Source: Tubiluchus corallicola (taxonomy: Eukaryota > Animalia > Priapulida). Taken from it: DNA of 64,000 nt. The notes beneath the pieces were generated by a model. It made no database searches and was not told the DNA's origin. It was given only the letters and a program-made list of their open reading frames with translations. Below are positions 22,689 through 64,000 of the stretch, in pieces. A program made the translations under genes and the position numbers. How positions within the stretch are numbered: position 1 is the first letter of the stretch; every line of letters begins with the position of its first letter. Location of the stretch: contig JAQGDQ010002370.1 of assembly GCA_030141605.1 (NCBI GenBank), positions 647,167 through 711,166 on the forward strand, in the 5' to 3' direction.

Positions 22689-24174
22689 ACGTATAGCAGT
22701 GAATAATTGCAATGGGCCTGTCGAAGGCCTCAGCAAAGTGTCGGAGGGTGGGATTTTTCCATCCTATACAATCTCCCCGACACCACTGCCCCCCTAATCT
22801 ACGGTGTTTTTAAAGGTACGAAATATGGTATTTTTTTCGTACCGTACCGTACTACCAGCCTTGCTCACTGACAGCATTCTTGTGCCACTCGTAAAAGACA
22901 AAAACGGCAAGCTAACAGATGTGAACAACTGCCACCCTGTCAAGTATCTCAAGCAAACTCTTGGAATCCCTTCTGTTGTGCCGTTACTATGGTAAACTTG
23001 CTACTATAGATGCCTATTCAGTTACAAAAAAAACACGACACGGACATGTGCATCTATATGCTTAAAAGAACGGGAAATGGCTGCAGAAAAGGAATAACGC
23101 TTACGTAGGCTGCATAAACGTGTGCATTGAAAACAATATAAACCGATTTTACCTATTCCGCATGTGGAAGACGCATCCGCATCTGCATGCTAGTTAATCG
23201 ACTTTATGTAGCACGCGAATGCGGATGCGTTTTCCATATCGTTGCATCGTTACTATTTGTGAATTAACAAAAGCGGTGAGAGAAAAATACAATCTAAATT
23301 TATGTAATGTTTTGGAGTTTCGTTCAACCCTTCAACTTGCGGAAAATTTTTAAGCGATATTCTTAATTTGTTTCTGTAAGTGTGTTTCTGTAACAGATAA
23401 GTTAGCTAAAAATTTTCACTAAATTGTTATCTGGTTATTAATACCTTTTTCGATGTTATGTTAAAAAAATTTACTGCCATTGCTGTGTATTTTGCACTCT
23501 ACTTTAGCAATATTTGTAAACTAATATTTGTTTCGTTTGTAATATTGCGCGTTACACGTATCATTACACGCATTGCACGTTACACGTATTGTAAATGTAC
23601 ATGTAATCTTGTTGATCTTAATGTCAATAAAAATACTACTATTACGTTTGTTATTCTACTGATACACAACATATGATACTCATCACATGCGTGTAAGATG
23701 GGCGGATATTATTTCTGAATCTTTGTAGTTACTGTATGCTGTCACCCAAACTTTTTAATACGTATTTTTATGATTTAAGTGTGCAACTTATTAATGCTAA
23801 ACTTAGTTGTTTTAAATTTTAACAGTGCTTGTATTTTCTTAATTAAAATGGATCACTACTGGACATATAAGCTATATACAGGCACTTTTTGTATTTTGCC
23901 ATTTTTTATTCTGTAAATCATTTTATTGTGGTAGCATTTTATGCATGTATGATGCGTATATGTATGTATTATACATACGTATTGTGGTTTATATTGTACG
24001 TCTGTTCTGATATGGATTTTTGCCCGAAAAAAAGATAATCTTATCTTTATGTACCTTATCTTGTAGCGCCCCTTAATAACTCAAGTTCTTGTAATCTGTT
24101 TTGTTTATGCAGTAATCAAAGGACTTGTCTTTTAGCTGCTTACTGATTACTGGTTTCGAGTGAAGGTATGCTTT

Positions 24175-24199
24175 GTCATCATCGTTGGCATCACAGTCT

Positions 24200-24264
<65 letters not shown>

Positions 24265-24342
24265 CATCACCATCACCACCACCACCATCATCATCGTCGT
24301 CGTCGTCGTCATCATCATTATCATCATCATCATCATAATCAT
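24175..24342. repeat. (CAT)n/(CAC)n/(CGT)n compound microsatellite
   Basis: Direct reading; source of spurious poly-His/Ile/Met ORFs. Confidence 0.95.
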
Positions 24343-25253
24343 TGTAAGCCGAACCTTAAATAAATTTACAATGCAATAATGCAATACAGGCAATTTAGTG
24401 GTGCTAGTGCTATTACGTATCTAATGTTTATCTAATATTTATTTTAAAGCCAACGTTTTTTACTTTTCTTTTATTACAATTATAATAACAATGATAGTCA
24501 TAGTAAATACTGTAAATACTAATGTTTTAGTTAATTATAAAAAATCATATAAGTTAAACCCAAAAGACAGAACAGATAAAATATAATTTTTCCTTCGTGA
24601 AGAAATTCTACGCAGCAGTCAAAAAATAACGATAATTTAATGATGTAATTGCATCCATGAACTATACGAAGCAAATATACTAAATTCTTTCAACTGTACA
24701 CTAAAAATTATAACTTGATGTACAAAATTAATGCGTCCTTTGTTCACAATATGACATTCAGGCATAATATTTACAAATTATTCATAATTAAAGTACAAAA
24801 TTATAATAATATTAACTTAAAAGATAAACAAACTTTGACAAATACTTTGATCTGCCTTTGTTAGCACCGAACTGACTTCTAAATTTTATTAATAAATTTA
24901 CAAACAAGTTGAGTATGTAACAACGAACGTATAGTACAACATTATTTACAATAAAATTACAAACAAATACAATTACTTAATCTTAATATGTACGAAACAT
25001 TACTTTCTTCTCATCTATAGGCTTATAAACTAATGACAAGATCAATTTAGAAAATTTATACTTATCAAGTACTTCAACCGACACAAACGTTTTATGAAAC
25101 ACCTATGACACATAGCGCAAAAGTCAAGCAAAGCCAATTTGCTTTGGAAATTGAAAACCGCCTCAAGCATGAATTACATTTATACAAACGAGACATCTAC
25201 CTGTTCGTAAACTTGTTGCTGCAAATGATTTAATTAGTATAATACCTAGTACG

Positions 25254-60154
<34,901 letters not shown>

Positions 60155-63100
60155 AAGACTGTTTTGGCCAGCAAACAAACGACTTGACAGAGCTGTTTTT
60201 ACTTCTTCATATTGAGAATGTAATTAATAAACCATCACAGAACACCACCTTTTCCCAGTCCATACATAAACGTTTAAGCGAAAGCGTTGTTTTCTATTTT
60301 TAGGTTTGTTCATTGTTCATTCACAGTAGAAGCCCCGTCCATCTCTAATGCGCTGCTTTGGGCATCGATTGAGAACTAAATTGTTAAGCTTGCCACGAGA
60401 AACCTTCTCAGGTTTATTTTATTCAATTGTCTGCGCTCAGTTGTAAGCACACTGAATCGTCAAACAGATGCGTACTTACGAAGTTTGGTTTCACTGGAAA
60501 GAAATCTTCAAAGTGCGTCAGAAATGCCACTGCAGGAGTTAGGTGCACTAATTTGAATCAATTGTCGCTAATGACAATACTGTAATAGCATGTGTGAAGT
60601 ATGTTATAATTAGACTTCGTTTATTCATTTATCATGTGTCAAAGTGCTTACAAATGACGTGCTACTTACATTTCACGAAATTGTAGTCTAAAACGATGTC
60701 AAAATAAGGACAGCCTTTATGATAACATATTACGAAATGTATTATTCACCTTTAAACAGTCACTATAGCTTAAAAATTCCAGGCTCGTAATTTGCAAATC
60801 AAACCTACATATATTTGCCTCCGTGTTTGCAGAAATGCAGTGCTCAAATGACTATTATACGAGCGTTTTCACACATTTTGCGGAAATTAAATTCCGCACT
60901 GCACACAATCAACTTCCTGGCGTTCTCGAACGCAGTGTAAAGTTGTTTGGTTTCTATCTTGGCTTCTTGTTCCCCCCAGTAGTCAACACAGGCATTGATG
61001 CATTGATTCCTCCTGTGGTATGTCATCAGCGTCGAAAAACTCCAAAGAGCAATGTCAACACAACGTGAAACAAAGAAACCACAGACTAGACCAACTAGAG
61101 CAATGGTCTATGTGTAAGCAAACACATGTTGACATACGCGCACGCAAAATTCTTCGATCGCAAATGACTTGATTATGACAACATTGAAAACCACACTCTT
61201 TCATCGTTTAAGTTAAGCCTCTGTCAGATATTAGCTAATATTTGATTAATAATCTTTAATTAACCGGCACTGTCACGCATAGTAATGCACAGTGAGCCCA
61301 GTGCAGTAATCCGAGGGAAACTTTTCTGTCGAAGTTCACTAGAAATGTAGTATAGATTAGGAATTGTACTCAACGCAAAGGCTACTGTGGACGGTATCGT
61401 GCTACGCATATTGATAGAGATAACACTGCACAATCAAATTATGTGTCCGTCTAAATGGCTCTACCGTTTAAATAATGACTCTTTAATAGACATGGAGCAT
61501 TACAATGTACGAATGAAGGCCTCTGCTTCTTTTGGAAAAGAATATCAGCTCCAAAGCGTAACATAATTATACCACAATATAAGATTCATTTTTCAACTGA
61601 GGATTCTCCGAGAATAACCACTGTTACCCCAAATAAAAAGAAAGCGCCTGTACATGTACATCAGGCAAACGAAATCACTCAGGTTGAGTAATTTTATTAT
61701 TTTTATTTCTATCATTATTTGAAAATCCTTGACATTGAATAGGCAATTTACAAGATAGACATCTTACAAGGGTTACTCAAACTGAACAGCTAGCTTACTT
61801 ATAAGACAAAATAACAGTTTGTTTTCTGTTTTGTAATGAAGGTTAGGCAACAATGAACCACACCAGTAAATGGATGCATGAAAGCCAAAAAACTTGCTTC
61901 TGAATGACTTCAACTGCCTATTGCGTCATTGACGTAGGATGTACCCGCATCCGAACGTGATTCAAATTCATCTACTGGTTCAATGTCTCACCTTAGGGGA
62001 TGATCCTTGATAGTGATCCAAATCCCAGCCCAGTCACAGCCATCTACATTAAGTAAGGATTGAGTTGGATCCCTGTCCCGCTCCTAACGAACTGAGCAAA
62101 ATACTACCCACCGACTCTCAGTTACCAGTTACTGAAGAAACCAGTTATTATAATGTTGGGCATCAGTTTACTGAGTTTGTGTAAGAAAATTATTGTTATT
62201 TCATCGTTGAATTTAACTAAACATCCAGATTTTTTATATAAAACTTTTGCTGTAAAGGCAAGCAATACAAGTCAGATACAAGTAAGGTCCGTTACTAATC
62301 TGTTAAGCTACCTTTTAATCCCATTATAGGCCACTTCGTTTAAATATGCTTTCTTAATCTCATTAATGGCACTATAAGACAAATTTTCTGGAGCAACAAC
62401 AAGAACATATATCAGAGAATTAAACAAACAAACAATTAAACAAAACCCGCAACTTTACTGAATAACGCTGATACAGTTTCTTCGGATACAGTAAATACAA
62501 CACGATTTGCGAAAGATCAAGTTCGACTCGATTTATTGTAGCCGGTGACTCACTGAATTCAAGACGGCAGGTCAAAAATTTCATGGGTCAACCCGGACTT
62601 TCTTCTAACATATTCGCATAAAGTCTCATGACGATCCGTCGCGAACTAGCGGAGCCTTATGCTTTTTTCGAAAATGATGTTATTTGCCGACATCTTGAAT
62701 TCAAAATGGCGGATCAAAAATCCGACTTCGTCAATCGACGCAAAATTCGTTGACATATATCCACGTGAAGTATTTTAAGTGAAATGCCATTTTTTCACAC
62801 TCGTACATTGGAATGGTTCCATCCATTAGGGAGCCATTGTATACTGGCATCTACAAGTAGGCAGGGAGGCAACAGTTCCGTGCTCGATTCACTGGTGCAT
62901 TTCCACTGGCAAGGAAGATGCTAGAAGAACATTCTGACACTTTTTAAGTCTATTATTCTGCATGTTCCTGACAATTTCTCAACTCCATCGCCGACAATTC
63001 ACTGGTGGCCAGTACGGAGGGTTGCAGTTCAAAGATTTTCCCACAAATCTGGTCCTGCAGTCTTACCACGATATTCTGACGTTCAGTATTTCAGTACGGC

Positions 63101-64000
63101 ACCGTTGAGTCTGCGCTAAAGATTTTTTCGTCTTCAGAGTTAAGAGTTTTAGCTACTTCGCAACAGGTACCTGCTTTTACTAGAGATACACTGAATGTTG
63201 CTCAAAAACGCCGAACAAAGTTTGTTCGAAGTGCGGGCAAACCTCAACTGCTGTATGAAAACCATGTAGCACATCATGTGGTTTCCTGGATACCGCATTT
63301 TTCTACATCTACCGACAAGTTTTCTTTATCTGCAGCCGAGGATACTGCAGATACTGTTAGACCTTCGAGCCAAAGACACAAAATTATTTCTCTCACCTTA
63401 TTACATGCGAAAGTAAACTACTCTTCAATTTTGGTACTTGAACTTGTAATCGGAAAATCCCTAATTCAAGTACAGTTTCAGTCTCGAATTTTCACACTTT
63501 TTCTTTCTTGCTTAGTTTCAAAAATTTTGTAAGCATGTGGGTTTATCCCGACACACAAACATATTAATAACAATTTAAAACCTACAGAGTGCATCTATAT
63601 AAGTATATAGCTTATCTCTTGGGTAGACGTTCGCACAAAGCTGCCAGTGACTAATAGATGAAAACTTATTTCGAATGTTCCTTATGCACATTAAGTTTTA
63701 TATTCTTGGAATCGCTTTGTCTCAAGTGAGTGATAAATGCCGCCTCTGCATCATTTCCATTCAAAACTCGCTGTAGTGTTGACCGAAAACGGCGTTCAGA
63801 CAATTTCTAGATCAATTTTCGTTTGGCATCGACTGTCGTACACTTATATTTCTGGAAAACATTTAGCGGATCGAGTTGGCGGCGACACTGCCAGATATCT
63901 TTTTGTCATATTAGACTTATTGGTTTAGACAGATCGAAACCTAATAACCAAGATGATTGCCGCTATTTCCAAATAGTTGTTTCTGCGGTCAAAATTTTAA

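Larger units (their letters stand above)
19972..22799 (+). mobile_element. LOA/R1-like non-LTR retrotransposon: APE endonuclease + RNase H + Cys/His C-terminal motif, RT domain missing, inactive
   Basis: 13-bp TSD tacggtgttttta at 19959-19971 and 22800-22812. Higher GC than the flanks. ORF 20342-21658 is APE (WQINLHKS, VQEPW, GTDANAHH, LDLT, SDH). 21642-22187 is RNase H (YTDGSK, VFQAEVFAI, SDSQAA, WIPGHEGVHGN*EAD, premature stop). 22356-22688 has LTGHC and CPKCGQEDETPDHHVGRC. Confidence 0.9.
18433..22863. mobile_element. Non-autonomous hAT-type DNA transposon carrying two nested retroelements
   Basis: TIRs CAAGGCTGGCAGTACGGTACGGTAC (from 18433) and GTACCGTACCGTACTACCAGCCTTG (to 22863), 24/25 match. 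8-bp TSD ttcactga (18425-18432) / ctcactga (22864-22871). Subterminal (TACGG)n repeats. No transposase ORF. Confidence 0.85.
17450..24065 (+). mobile_element. Heavily decayed LINE (APE + RT relics), split by younger insertions
   Basis: Endonuclease-like ILVCNAYLPYEC (~17610-17650) and LSAEHYIFA (~18340). After the hAT insertion the frame resumes with LTDSILVPLVKDKNGKLTDVNNCHPV (22864-22940, cf. the RT NYRPI motif), KKHDTDMCIYML (~23030) and MRVRWADIISESF..LSPKLFNTY (~23685-23765). A (TCTTA)-like tail follows at ~24035-24062. Confidence 0.6.

Noticed and set aside
24073-24393. Poly-His/Met/Ile ORFs (also at 35312-35607, 42066-42520, 51021-51362, 52269-52761)
   Set aside because: They are translations of stop-free trinucleotide microsatellites with no splice or coding context.
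62800-63540. Coding-like composition on the minus strand
   Set aside because: Multiple stops and no recognisable domain; possible transposase relic only.

Overview
AT-rich, intron-containing invertebrate animal DNA. Compact GT-AG introns and a GFRα-domain gene would fit a tunicate or other invertebrate chordate, but the taxon is an inference. Manual splicing gives five protein-coding genes. (1-3) A cluster of three paralogous secreted proteins of a family I do not recognise, with no Cys in the mature chains: a convergent pair at 673-3107 (+) and 3741-5211 (-), and a longer copy with an acidic tail at 10904-16595 (-). (4) A 16-exon, ~1106-aa minus-strand gene (25254-60154) with signal peptide, four GDNF/GAS1 (GFRα-type) domains, mucin/Ser-Gly stalks, a C-terminal module resembling the RECK C-terminus and a GPI-type tail. 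(5) An intronless IQCG/DRC9 gene nested antisense in one of its introns, with an RFX X-box next to a forkhead site upstream. Between the two blocks is a multi-layer transposon nest: a decayed LINE holds a hAT-type element, which holds an RTE fragment and an RT-deleted LOA/R1-like element. There are also MITEs, a CR1-like relic and many (CAT)n-type microsatellites. All gene models are from reading splice sites and frames by eye, and homology calls are from memory, not searches.
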